Part shown: piece after piece, positions 52,891-63,306 of the stretch
Layout: every line of letters begins with the position of its first letter
How positions within the stretch are numbered: the stretch's first letter is position 1
NCBI GenBank assembly: GCA_963749495.1
Contig: CAVVMW010000027.1
Span: 39,421 to 103,420 of the forward strand
Origin: an uncultured bacterium
GTDB lineage: Bacteria > Verrucomicrobiota > Verrucomicrobiia > Limisphaerales > UBA8199
DNA length: 64,000 bases
Reading direction: 5' to 3'
Notes under the pieces: generated by a model
The model's database searches: none
Seen by the model: only the letters and a program-made list of their open reading frames with translations
What the model was told of the DNA's origin: nothing
Made by a program: the position numbers and the translations under genes

Positions 52891-54207
52891 TTATGTTTGA
52901 CCGGTTCCTGGTGCTGGAAATTCCCTGGCCGCGCTGTCGATCACCAATACGCAATCGCTGCACGGATCCGCCCATGGCGCGGTGAAACTCATACGCTCTC
53001 CGCGCGGCAGAGCCCCCAGGTCGCGCGCTTCACCGGTCCTCGGATCATACCACCAGGCACGGATCATCGGCCCTTCAATCGAGTCCAGTCTGACCTCCAC
53101 CGATCCTCCCTGCGGGAGATAAATGAAGAGGTAACCGTCTCCGCGGCAGGCCCGGCGATGTTCCGGCCCGGACTTTTCCTCGACGAGAATAGACTGGTCG
53201 GGAACACGTGAAAGCATCGGACGTGATTCCATCAGCCGGCGCAGGTGGCGCATCTGGCAGGCCCCGGGTAAGTCGAGGGCCTGACGCCAGTACCGGCGGG
53301 CAAAGGTGATGGGCGCGTATCGCTCCTCGAACAATTGCCAGACCGGGTGACAGCCGTAGGTATGGCCAAAAGCACCGGCGAACACGGCCCAATAGGCCGC
53401 CTGGCGCGCATCGTAGTCATCGAACCAACCCAGTGCCTGCGGTTTCCAGTTGACGGCATGGTCCTCGTAACGCGGCTCGCCGTCGAGGCAGGGTTTGACG
53501 GGCAGGAGGCCGTAGTCGCGGCTGATAATCTCGTAGTTTGGGAGGTGTTTCTGTTCATGGCCGGATTGGGCGAGGTTGAAGTCCAGCCAGTCCGATTGGT
53601 GGAACCACTCCGAGGAGCTGTGCCCGCCCTGGCCGCCCAACGGGTGGAAGGTCATCAGGTGGTTCGGGTCAGCCAGCTTGATCCCGTGAGCCAGCGCCTC
53701 CCAGATGTCGCGGTTGGCGCCGCCGCCCTGCCGGTCACCGCCATTGATCCAGGTGATGTTCCAAGTATCGCGGTAGCGGTTGCCAAGCCACTCGCCGTAC
53801 CGCCTCGCGCTCTCTGGGTTGAAAATGACCGGGCCTATGCCGTGGGCCAGCAGTTCAACCTTGTCGCCCCAAGTCGGCAGGAGGCCAACCATCAATCCCT
53901 TCTGCCCGGCCAATCCGATGATCCGGTCTATGTGCCGGAAGCAGGCCTCGTTTGGCCGGAGTGGATCGTTGTCAATCAGCGGCCGTTCCCCGCAAGCATT
54001 GGGGACGTTCAATCCGTCGAACTCCGCCAAGACCACCGCCTGCACCACGGTGAAGCCCTTTTGCCGACGATTCTCCAGGTAGAAATCGGCTTCCTCCATC
54101 GTCGCCCGGTGGAAGAGTTCCCAAGCCGTATCGCCGAGCCAGAAAAAGGCCTGGCCGTCCTCCCAGGCAAGGAAACGACGATTATCGGAGATGGTGAGGC
54201 GCTTCAT
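52891..54207 (-). CDS. GH140/DUF4038 apiosidase-like hydrolase, no signal peptide
   Basis: [46 protein letters not shown]. Confidence 0.88.
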   Translation of the reverse strand: MKRLTISDNRRFLAWEDGQAFFWLGDTAWELFHRATMEEADFYLENRRQKGFTVVQAVVLAEFDGLNVPNACGERPLIDNDPLRPNEACFRHIDRIIGLAGQKGLMVGLLPTWGDKVELLAHGIGPVIFNPESARRYGEWLGNRYRDTWNITWINGGDRQGGGANRDIWEALAHGIKLADPNHLMTFHPLGGQGGHSSSEWFHQSDWLDFNLAQSGHEQKHLPNYEIISRDYGLLPVKPCLDGEPRYEDHAVNWKPQALGWFDDYDARQAAYWAVFAGAFGHTYGCHPVWQLFEERYAPITFARRYWRQALDLPGACQMRHLRRLMESRPMLSRVPDQSILVEEKSGPEHRRACRGDGYLFIYLPQGGSVEVRLDSIEGPMIRAWWYDPRTGEARDLGALPRGERMSFTAPWADPCSDCVLVIDSAAREFPAPGTGQT

Positions 54208-54212
54208 TTCTC

Positions 54213-55571
54213 TTAGGGTGCCCGGCCGGATTCCGTTTGGTGAGCCGGCGCTGGAACGGCCTTTGGGGAACCGACCGCGACGGGCTCCGGTGTTGTTCGG
54301 GAGCGATTCAATGCGTAAAACAGGGCAAACAAGTAAGGGACGACGCAAATCCCAAACGAGCGTTGCAGCCCGATAGTATCCGCCAGTCTCCCTTGCAGGA
54401 TCGGCAGCGCGGCGCAGCCCAGGAAACCCATGGTTAGCAGCCCCGAAGCCTTCGCGGTCTGCTCTCCCAGACCCTCGATGGCCAACGAATAAAGTGTGGG
54501 GAAGAAGATCGAAACAAAGAACCCGACCACCATGATCGACGTAATGGCCAGGCCGCCTTTGGCCACCATCATGAGGCCAACGAAGATTAGTGCCGCCACA
54601 GCGTTGAACGCCAGTGTATGGGCGGGCTTGACGCGCTTCTGTGCCCACGAGCCTGCCAGGCGGCCAAAAGCAAACACGGCAAAATAGACGGTGAACAACT
54701 GCTGCGACGCGCGAGAGGACATCCCGGCGACCGCCGGGTCTTCAAGGTAATTGCGGAACAGGCCGAACAATCCGGCCTCCGCGCCCAGCACGAGAAAGAT
54801 CGTTACGAAGCCGAGCCATACTTGCTGCCGAGCCCAGAGGCTGTCGGTCGGCGCGGCTCCTGCCGAATTGACGCCGGCGGACCTAAGGCTGGCCGAGATA
54901 TCGACCGTCCTGGTCATCAACGTGAGGACGAAAATGCCGATGAGGACGACTCCAATCGTAACGAATAACCCTTTCATGTAGGGCATCTTGCCCATGACAC
55001 CCACGGTGCTCGCCGGGATGATCAGCGTCAGCATGAAAGGGGCGATGATCTGCGCGATGGCGCCCAAGGCGTTGCCCAGGTTGAGCCGACTTGCGCCGCC
55101 GCCCGGCGGTCCCAGACCCGAGAGGAGTGGGTTTCCCGCTACCAACTCGAAATTGAATCCCATCCCAATGACGAAAAACGCGCCCAGGACTACCGCATAA
55201 TTCCCGCTCTGCAGTCCAGGGACAAGCAGCAACGTGCCCGCAGCGAACAAAGCCATGGCAATGCTCAGGCAGTTTTTATACCCCACGCGCGGGATGAGAA
55301 AGCCGATCCCCACCGCCAGGACGAAGGGAATGTTCTTGGCAAAGGTCGTGTATTGCTGCTGCTGGTAATTGAGATGGAAGTAGTCCTTGAACTCCGGGTT
55401 GAACGCTCCCTCGAAACATAAGGCCATCCCGCAGAAGAAATAAATGAAATAGACCGTGTAGAGCAGCGCGCGGGCGGAAGGAGGAGCGAGGACAGGGACC
55501 TCCGCACCTCGGGCATCACCCCCCGCCCCTTGCCTCTTGTGTCCGCTGGATATTGAACTGGGCTCTGTCAT
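54213..55571 (-). CDS. FucP/GluP-family MFS sugar permease
   Basis: GYK, ELVAGNP, RLNL, GAE, SIFFPTLYSLAI.GLG. Confidence 0.88.
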   Translation of the reverse strand: MTEPSSISSGHKRQGAGGDARGAEVPVLAPPSARALLYTVYFIYFFCGMALCFEGAFNPEFKDYFHLNYQQQQYTTFAKNIPFVLAVGIGFLIPRVGYKNCLSIAMALFAAGTLLLVPGLQSGNYAVVLGAFFVIGMGFNFELVAGNPLLSGLGPPGGGASRLNLGNALGAIAQIIAPFMLTLIIPASTVGVMGKMPYMKGLFVTIGVVLIGIFVLTLMTRTVDISASLRSAGVNSAGAAPTDSLWARQQVWLGFVTIFLVLGAEAGLFGLFRNYLEDPAVAGMSSRASQQLFTVYFAVFAFGRLAGSWAQKRVKPAHTLAFNAVAALIFVGLMMVAKGGLAITSIMVVGFFVSIFFPTLYSLAIEGLGEQTAKASGLLTMGFLGCAALPILQGRLADTIGLQRSFGICVVPYLFALFYALNRSRTTPEPVAVGSPKAVPAPAHQTESGRAP

Positions 55572-56601
55572 GCGGGGTTGATTCGGAACTCCTCGACGAG
55601 GCCAGCCGAGTGCTTGCGCCAGGCATCGACGATCCGATCGTAGAACGGGTATTTGTCTGAGTTCTCGATGAGGTTGTGCCGGGACAGGTGATCCAGGCAC
55701 TTCTGCACGCCTTGCTCGAAGGTTACGGTGTAGCGAAAGCCAAGGTCCCGTTTGGCCTTTGAGTTATCGAAGATGTTGTGGTGCCGAAAATTCTCGAGGC
55801 ACCATTCGGCTTGTTTTGGCGCCATCCGGGCGAGCAGGTCGGCGGGGATATAGACGAAGTCGGGTTCGGGGGCCTCCATCAGGCGGGCGATGGTTCGCCA
55901 GATATGGTTGTGGGTCATCCATTCGTCGCCGGAGAGATTGTAGGCCTGTCCGAACGCTTTGGGGTTGCCGACCGCGCCGATAAACCCGCTGGCCGTATCG
56001 TCCCGGTAGCTCGCGACCCAGACCGAAGTGCCGTCCCCGTGCAGGATGATGGGTTTGCCGCGCCGCAAGCGGTCCAGATGATAGCTCTGGCCGCCAAACG
56101 AATGGATGCCGGGACTCCACGCCTCGTTGTAGGTGAAGGTGGGCCGGCAGACGGTCAGGGCGAAGTCGCCCCGCCGATGCGCTCCCAAAGCGCCTGCTCG
56201 CACAGCATTTTCTTGTGCGCATAAGGAAAGCTCGGGAGCGCCCCCAGGATGCCGTTCTCCTCCGTCACCGGATACCATGGGGGCGTCTTGGTATAAACAT
56301 CAACCGTGCTGCAGAAGATGAACTGGCGGGTGCGGCCGCGGAAGAGCTCGATATCGCACTGCGCGTCCTCGGGTTCGTAGCAGATCATGTCGATGACGCA
56401 GTCAAACGGCCCCGCGCCGCTCAGTTTTGCGCGGAAGTCATCGCGGTGGGTTCGATCGCCGGTGATGATTCCAGCGCCGCGCAGCCACTCCGGCGGTTTG
56501 GCATCATAATTGAAAAGGGTCAGGTCGTGCCCCTTGGCGAGCAGCGCCCTGGTTATAGGGGTACTGATATTGCCCGTGCCGCCAATGATCAGGATATTCA
56601 T
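55568..56601 (-). pseudogene. NAD-dependent epimerase/dehydratase, single-base frameshift at ~56182
   Basis: ILIIGGTGNIS, FCSTVDVY, YAHKK; continues W(E)AHRRGDF..RPTFTY...NLSG in the other frame. Confidence 0.85.
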
Positions 56602-58013
56602 GGCTGTTTTGTAGCCCGTTGCTCTGGCTGAAAAGGCTCGTTGTCCCGCAGGAGCGCCTTGTCGCCGATGTCATTTTGGATGTTCACGCCGTAATAGCCG
56701 TTGTTGCCTTCGATGATGGCGGACTTCAGACCGGCCTTGAGATGAATGCTGCCCGGTTGCTTCCGGACGTCATCCCCGGTCCACGCGTTGCCGGGCTGGC
56801 GTTGGCGCGACCGGGCGTCAAAGGTCGAGTTGTGGACCTGGAGCTTGCCGTTTTCGGCGACAATCGAGAAACCCGGGTCCTGCTGGTTGTCGTTTGAGAA
56901 ATAGCAGTCGGAGAAGGAGACGTAAGCGCTTCCGCGCAAGACCGCGTTGTGCGCTACAGGCCCCCAGAAACCGCAGTTCACAAAACGGATGTTCCCGGAA
57001 CAGCTTGGTTCCACGACTACCTGGGTGCTGCGGCCGACGCGATGGGCATTGAATTGGCCATTGTTGATCAATAGCCCTTGAGGCTGGATGGCCTCTACTA
57101 CCACGCAGGTGTCGCAGGCGTCGGCGCCGATGCCGCAAAACTGGCCATTGCAGGCGCCGTTCGTGGTTTCCATAAACCTGTAGCCGACTTTTGCAGGAAA
57201 CACGAAAGTGTTATTGAAGTATTCCCAGTCAGTGCGCCCGAAAATGAACGCCTCCAAGTTCTGCTGCATGTAGGCGACAACCCGCTTCCAATCCCCCGCA
57301 AATGCCCGGTTTGCCCAGAAGTGCGAATGGAACTGCACGTTCTCGATGCGGCCGATGTCGCCAGTCCAATCCACAAGGATGCCCCGCCGGAGCACGCGCC
57401 CGTTAATCTGCAGGAGACGATGCCGGCCGTTCTCCGTCGGGCCGGTCCGGATGGCGTTGTAGCTGTTGATGAGCGTCACGTTTTCCACCGTGCTGTCGAA
57501 GCTCACTTCGTTGGCATGAGCTGGGTTGGCGCGAATATGGATGGTCCAAGGATAGGGCCGGATGTCCTCCACGCGTTGCTCGGGATAGTAAATTGTTACG
57601 CCCTTGATGGAGGTGGAACTGCGCATTTCGAGGAAGGCGGGGCCCTCTTCGTGGTCCCGGCCCTCGATCGGCAGGAGAACCGAACCGGTGGCGGGTTCCC
57701 ACGATTGAGGGGCCTGGTTGAGCCCGGACAAATGAACGCCCATCTTGAGTTCGAGATGTCCGTTGCAGCGCCAGCGGCCAACGGGGATGACGACCACGCC
57801 GCCTTTTTGACTCGCGGCATCGATCGCCTCCTGAATCGCAGCAGTGCAATCGGTCTGCCCGTTGCCGACCGCGCCAAAGTCCGCAATGTTGAGCGCGCCT
57901 TGCGCCCAGGCCTCAGGAGGCGCGGTCGAAGCTGGAACCTGGGCCGGAATGCCCACGCCCAAAGCCAGGGCTGGAAGCAAGCAAAGCAAGGTGGAGTTCT
58001 TCATGCGTTTCAT
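56598..58013 (-). CDS. Secreted pectate_lyase_3 / GH28-GH55-like beta-helix protein
   Basis: NIADFGAVGNG.TD.T.AIQ.AID, GG.V.IP.G.W; signal peptide; ATGA overlaps. Confidence 0.85.
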   Translation of the reverse strand: MKRMKNSTLLCLLPALALGVGIPAQVPASTAPPEAWAQGALNIADFGAVGNGQTDCTAAIQEAIDAASQKGGVVVIPVGRWRCNGHLELKMGVHLSGLNQAPQSWEPATGSVLLPIEGRDHEEGPAFLEMRSSTSIKGVTIYYPEQRVEDIRPYPWTIHIRANPAHANEVSFDSTVENVTLINSYNAIRTGPTENGRHRLLQINGRVLRRGILVDWTGDIGRIENVQFHSHFWANRAFAGDWKRVVAYMQQNLEAFIFGRTDWEYFNNTFVFPAKVGYRFMETTNGACNGQFCGIGADACDTCVVVEAIQPQGLLINNGQFNAHRVGRSTQVVVEPSCSGNIRFVNCGFWGPVAHNAVLRGSAYVSFSDCYFSNDNQQDPGFSIVAENGKLQVHNSTFDARSRQRQPGNAWTGDDVRKQPGSIHLKAGLKSAIIEGNNGYYGVNIQNDIGDKALLRDNEPFQPEQRATKQP

Positions 58014-59287
58014 TTCGCCGCTTGATTGCTCCCAATGCAGTACAGGTTGTTTGCCGTCCGGATGAATAGCTCGCCCAGTGAGACGGCCATCGAGGCCTGG
58101 ACCTTTTCCTGGAGGTGATTCCGGGCCAGCACTTTGAACTGGGGTCCGGCGTCGATGACGACCGTTTCGCCTGCATCTGACAGGAGGTAAATGCGGCCTT
58201 CTGCCGCCACTGGCGAAGCGGAGAAGTTTCCGCCCAACCGCTCCTGCCAGACGATTTGGCCGGTATCGCTTTGGAGGCACATCGCGCTGCCGCTTTCGCT
58301 GATTGTGTATAGGTAAGGCTCGAGGTAAAGGAACGAGGGAATCCGCGGCATGGCCTTGCGCTGTTCCCAAATCAGGTTGGATTCTCCAAGGTCCCCCTTT
58401 CCGTCTAATCGGAAAGCCTTGATTGACTCGCGTCCGCCCCAACCGGAAGCACTAAAGGCCATCCCTTCCCCCAAGACGATGGAAGGGACCACCCCTTCCC
58501 CGATGTTCTTCGAGGTCCAAATCCGTTCCCCCGACTTGGCATCGAAACCTTGCACCACGTCGCCCGCGCCGCTGATCACCTCAGCGCGACCGTCGGGCGC
58601 GGCCCAAATCGCGGGGACCACGTGTGCGAGCCGGGACAGGCCCCGACTGGCTTTCCAGCGGACCGTGCCTGACCGTTTATCGAGCGCGATCAGATAGGCC
58701 TGGTCCCAGGGCGTGTGCCAACCCGCACTGGTTTCCGGCGGCGGATGACTGCCGTCCCGTGCCATGATGAGCAAATCCTCCCAGAGGATGGGCGAGGTGC
58801 CCAGGCCGTGTTCACTATAGAAGGGAAAATCGCGGTTCACCCACACGGTGTGGCCGGCAAAATCCAGCGCCACGAAACTGCCGTCACCGAACACTGCATA
58901 GACACACTCGCCGTCAGTGCAAGGGGTAGGGGTGGCATAGCTGTTGCGGTCGTTCTTGTGCCCCGTGGTTTGTTTGAACACCTCCTGGTCCCAGATGATC
59001 TTGCCGCTCTGCCGGTCAAGCGCGAGCACGTGGCAACCACTGCCCTCCCCGGTGGCCGTCGTGACAAATAATCTTGTCTCCCACACAATGGGAGAGGACC
59101 AGGATGAACCCGGGATCGGTACCTTCCATCGCACGTTCTCCGTCGTGCTCCACTTCAGCGGCAAACCGGTCTCCGTGGAAACGCCTTGCCGGGTCGGTCC
59201 GCGAAAGCAGGGCCAGTTTTCGGCGGAGGCAAAAGCCGTGGTCGCCACCAGGGCGAGGACGATTCCGAATTTGGCTGGAAGGCTCAT
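58010..59287 (-). CDS. PQQ-like (BamB-type) beta-propeller protein
   Basis: NWP.FRGP, SSPIVW, ATPTP.TDG, G.GTSPIL, FSASPV. Confidence 0.9.
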   Translation of the reverse strand: MSLPAKFGIVLALVATTAFASAENWPCFRGPTRQGVSTETGLPLKWSTTENVRWKVPIPGSSWSSPIVWETRLFVTTATGEGSGCHVLALDRQSGKIIWDQEVFKQTTGHKNDRNSYATPTPCTDGECVYAVFGDGSFVALDFAGHTVWVNRDFPFYSEHGLGTSPILWEDLLIMARDGSHPPPETSAGWHTPWDQAYLIALDKRSGTVRWKASRGLSRLAHVVPAIWAAPDGRAEVISGAGDVVQGFDAKSGERIWTSKNIGEGVVPSIVLGEGMAFSASGWGGRESIKAFRLDGKGDLGESNLIWEQRKAMPRIPSFLYLEPYLYTISESGSAMCLQSDTGQIVWQERLGGNFSASPVAAEGRIYLLSDAGETVVIDAGPQFKVLARNHLQEKVQASMAVSLGELFIRTANNLYCIGSNQAAK

Positions 59288-60720
59288 CGTTTTGAAAGGG
59301 TTCCAGGCGCCGGGAAATGTTTTCCGGCATCGTCGAGCACCAACACCCAATCCAGGGCTTCACCGGGATCGGGCGGGTTGAACTCGCGTACGCCGGCGTT
59401 GGCGAACTCGCCGATTGCGGTCGCCTCGCCCGTACGTGGATTGAACCACCAGGCTTTTACCAGGCTACCCTGAATCGCATCCATGCGGACTTTGAATTTC
59501 CGGCCCACCGGCGCATAAACCATGGCATAGGCACCACCGCTGTCGCGCGTGGCGACGAAACGATAGCGCCCAGCGCCCGGAACGCTGGTGGGCACCCGGT
59601 CCGTCACAATCACGGTGTCATCGGGAATCCGGGTCAGAAACGGTCTCGAGAGCAATAGGTTCTTGGCATGCTGCATCTGGGCTGCTCCCGGCTGATCGAG
59701 GGCCTCGGGCCAGGGCATGAGCGGGTTATTGATCGGCGCGCGGTTAGTCGTCCACATTTGCCAGACCGAATGGTGCCCATAGGTATGGCCGCACGCGCCA
59801 CTGAACAGGTCCCAATAGAGGGGCCGGCGAACGTCGGCGGCCACTGAATGGCCGAACTTCTTCGCATCAAAAGCGACCGGGTGGTCTTCGTAGATCGGCT
59901 CGCCGTCGATCACCGGTTTTGGCGGCGTGCGATTGTAATCAACGCGGGTCTGGTCGTAGCGCCCGGTGAACTCCGCTGCATGGCCGTTCTGGCGCAGGTT
60001 CAAGTCCAACCAGGCCTCGTCGTGAAACCATTGTGCTGAGCCTGAGCCGCCGGTTGGGTGCAGCGTGATCAGGTGCGCTCCGCCATCCCCCTTCCGCAAA
60101 CCCCCGGCCATCGCTCGCAGAATCGCCTTATGTCGCTCGTTCTCGACCGCCCGGTCGCCCCCGAGAATCCAAACCAGGCCGGCATCCCTGTAGCGCCGCC
60201 CGAGCCACTCCCCGTAGGCGGCGGCATTTCCCGGCGTGAAGATCTCCGGTCCAGCGCCCCAGGCCTTGTTCCATTTGTCGCCCCAGGTGGGGAGCAGGCC
60301 GATATAGATACCCAGAGCATTTGCCCGGGTAACAATCCAGTCCACGTGCTTGAAATACTCCTCATTGGGCTTGGTTGGATCGTTGTCGATCAGCGGGAGT
60401 TGGCCATAGGGATTGGGGTCCGCAAGCCCCGCCAACTCGGCCAGGACGACCGCTTGGACGACAGTGAAGCCCTTCCTGGCCCGATTCTCGAGATACCGCC
60501 CCGCCTCCTCCCGATCCAAACGGTGGAATAATTCCCAGGCGGTATCCCCCATCCAGAAAAATGGCTGTCCCGAGTCCGTCACCAGGAAGCGCCCGTTTTC
60601 GCTGACCTTCAGCCTTGGAAGTTCCGCGGCCGAGCAGGACAGGCTGGTTGAGACCAGGCAAGCGGCCAAAGTACATCCCAGCAACCGCCAGAAGGGGTTT
60701 GGACCAAGCTCAGTTTTCAT
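59284..60720 (-). CDS. GH140/DUF4038 apiosidase-like hydrolase with signal peptide
   Basis: [48 protein letters not shown]-terminal signal. Confidence 0.9.
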   Translation of the reverse strand: MKTELGPNPFWRLLGCTLAACLVSTSLSCSAAELPRLKVSENGRFLVTDSGQPFFWMGDTAWELFHRLDREEAGRYLENRARKGFTVVQAVVLAELAGLADPNPYGQLPLIDNDPTKPNEEYFKHVDWIVTRANALGIYIGLLPTWGDKWNKAWGAGPEIFTPGNAAAYGEWLGRRYRDAGLVWILGGDRAVENERHKAILRAMAGGLRKGDGGAHLITLHPTGGSGSAQWFHDEAWLDLNLRQNGHAAEFTGRYDQTRVDYNRTPPKPVIDGEPIYEDHPVAFDAKKFGHSVAADVRRPLYWDLFSGACGHTYGHHSVWQMWTTNRAPINNPLMPWPEALDQPGAAQMQHAKNLLLSRPFLTRIPDDTVIVTDRVPTSVPGAGRYRFVATRDSGGAYAMVYAPVGRKFKVRMDAIQGSLVKAWWFNPRTGEATAIGEFANAGVREFNPPDPGEALDWVLVLDDAGKHFPAPGTLSKR

Positions 60721-60757
60721 GGGTGTTCAGGCCGAAAGGGGGTCAAATTGCCGGTTC

Positions 60758-61390
60758 TTATTGAAATACCAAGCCCAAAGCCAGCACTGCTCCGATGGCG
60801 GTCCAATTGACACTGCTAGTGCCAGCACGCACGGGAACAGTCAGAACCGTTGTACCCTTGCCGCTGGCCTTCTCTGATTGCTGCCCGTGGCCGGGTTGAC
60901 AGATTCCGGTCGGCATTCCACCACCCAAAGGTGGCTTGATCCGCAATCTAAAACGCTTAGGCCAGTGAAGCTGCTTCCAACTCCACGGGGCAAGGGCCCT
61001 CAACGGGGGCAGAAACAAAGCATCATACAGAATCGATTCAGGTTCGGTATGGTCCGATTTCTTTTTTGCTTCACGATAATGCTCTCCCGGATTATCGTGA
61101 AACGGAACACCACTATAGAGGTTGGCGCTTCTTGCCGTGCCCTTCACGGGTATAGAAACCTCTTCGGCGCCCTTCGATGGCCCGCCTTCGCCGTGGAAAA
61201 CCTTCCTAAACCAACGGGTCAAGCTTTCGCTAGCCTCTAGGAACCAACCATCAAGCAGGATCACCTCTTTACCGGTCTCACCGTGTTTAGAGGAAGGAAC
61301 ACCCTTCCCTAACACGTTCTCATCCTCTGAGGAAGCAGCAGCGCCCCTCATCTTCGCAGGTGTTGAGTCTTTGTCGCGTCCGAAGTTCAT
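60758..61390 (-). CDS. Hypothetical ORF (possibly chimeric remnant)
   Basis: 210-aa ORF co-oriented with its neighbours; no recognisable motif. Confidence 0.3.
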   Translation of the reverse strand: MNFGRDKDSTPAKMRGAAASSEDENVLGKGVPSSKHGETGKEVILLDGWFLEASESLTRWFRKVFHGEGGPSKGAEEVSIPVKGTARSANLYSGVPFHDNPGEHYREAKKKSDHTEPESILYDALFLPPLRALAPWSWKQLHWPKRFRLRIKPPLGGGMPTGICQPGHGQQSEKASGKGTTVLTVPVRAGTSSVNWTAIGAVLALGLVFQ

Positions 61391-61407
61391 TGAATGCCTT
61401 TCTGTCG

Positions 61408-62004
61408 TTAATGGCCTTTGCCTTGAGTCACCTCACCCTTCGGAACGCCAAGTTCGGTGATCGCGATTAGCCTGCCTTCGATCCTTATTACACTCGATAG
61501 CACCGCCCAATCGTTGTCTTGGCTGCTATGTGCCATGTACTTCAGCGAATGCTGATTGCCAGCAGCCTCGAACGCAAAGCAGCACTTTGTAAGTCGCTTC
61601 GAGACGAGGTTCGGAATGAGATTAGTGGGACACTCCAACTCCGCAACGCACTCTCGCGCGTCTATCAATGACCACAGGCCAAGGTCAAAATCGCAGAGTT
61701 CAATAACTGCTTGTACATGTTCGCCCGACTGAACCAAGTCGATCAGCCGCCCAGCCGCCGCAAGCTTTTTGTTGGCGTTTAAGACCTGCTGGATGTTAAA
61801 GGCAAAAACCTTATTCGTGCCAACCCCCTTGCTGATTTCCTGCCTTAGCAGAACGCAACCATACTGCTGGCCGAGTGCAGTGAGCTGCTCCGTTGGCTTT
61901 ATGAGACTCTTCGTGCCATTCGCTTCTGCATCATCCGATTTCTGGGAACAAGCGCCGCCAAGCAACACCATCAAAAACAGGCAAGCAAAGGGATTCGATT
62001 TCAT
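61408..62004 (-). CDS. Hypothetical lipoprotein
   Basis: GGAG before ATG 62004; MKSNPFACLFLMVLLGGAC lipobox. Confidence 0.65.
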   Translation of the reverse strand: MKSNPFACLFLMVLLGGACSQKSDDAEANGTKSLIKPTEQLTALGQQYGCVLLRQEISKGVGTNKVFAFNIQQVLNANKKLAAAGRLIDLVQSGEHVQAVIELCDFDLGLWSLIDARECVAELECPTNLIPNLVSKRLTKCCFAFEAAGNQHSLKYMAHSSQDNDWAVLSSVIRIEGRLIAITELGVPKGEVTQGKGH

Positions 62005-62048
62005 ATCTCCCGATGAGTGCGTTTTAGGCTTGCTGCAAAAAGGTGAAA

Positions 62049-62789
62049 TCATAAATCTTGCAAAAACTCATCCCAGACAATAATGCGCGTTTTGAGCATA
62101 TCGCGAACAACAGTAGGATGATCCATTGAATCGATAAAGCGCACTAAGTGAGGCACCTCATCTCGCGTTTTGACAAGCAACTATCTCACGTGGTCAGGAA
62201 ACACTTCAAACATCCGGTCTCTGCGCCTTTCAGCGTTTGCCTCTTTCAATTCCCGGTCATCTCGAAATTGATCTTCTTTTAAGAAAAAGCCATACTTGTT
62301 TTCTCCGCCGACTCCTTCGACCCAGCGGATGAAACGCCATTCACTTTCAGAATAGAAATCCCTTGTCCTTTCAGTCCCATCCACTTCGGTGATGCCCTCA
62401 AGTGGTTTACAGTGCGCAAGGAGAACCATGCCAGCGGTTCGCTTCCGAGGGTCCATAGTTTTCTGAGTATCCAGAAACAATTCCCTGAGAAAATCTCTTA
62501 ACAATGAATCTGGCGAAACGTACAAAAGAGGATTCAAGCCGAACGGGGTCAACTCGTTACGAGAAAGGCCAATGGCGTAGTTTCCATACAGTTCGATGTG
62601 TTCGCTGAGTCTGGACATCGGAATGTCACAAAAGCTGACCATTGGCCAAGCCACTTTAGTGACTCCGGGAACATCGAGCCACTTTACATCTTCCAGCGAG
62701 TAATGTGGCCAAATTCCTTCTTCCAGGATTTTCAGCTCAATATCGAGTGACTCTGTGAAATGGAAAAGAGTGCTTGTCCTAGCGTTCAT
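62049..62789 (-). pseudogene. AbiGi-family abortive-infection antitoxin interrupted by TAG at 62181-62183
   Basis: TLFHFT, PMVSFCDIP.S.L..H...YG.Y.IGL, GLNP..Y, FY.E.EWR; frame continues LLVKTRDEV...KTRII...QDL to TGA 62049. Confidence 0.8.
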
Positions 62790-63306
62790 AATTGGTCGAG
62801 TAGGACCGAAGTGAGCCCGGTTTTGACCAATCGCTTCCTCTGTATCTGCCCTTTCGAGCATCGTGGCAAGGAGGCATCAAGTCGTACCGACGTTTCCTCC
62901 ACCCCCTCAAGCGCCGGATACGGGTATAAACTCCCCAGTGGTGAGCAATCCATGCCTGCTCGCCCAAAACCCAGCTCGCAATTCCCGCTGCCAATTTCAT
63001 AAACCACTGGCTGCCAACAACACCGCCACCAAGCCAGCAAACCCTCAAGACCCATCGGTGACTTCTGCTCGGTGACCACCCACGGCTTCGGCGTTTAGAA
63101 CGGCCCTCGTCGGGTGGAATCGGGGCGTGAGCGCAGGCGAGGATCTCGTCGCCACAACGGCTCGCGCAGTGTGAATTGCCAGGCTGTTATAGGAAGGATT
63201 TGCTCAGATCCGGGCAGCAATGTGGGAAGCCATAGAAACGTCCGGCATGCAGAGAGACCAGACCGATCAGAGCCGAACCGATGCTCAGACTCAGGGGAGC
63301 ACCCCA

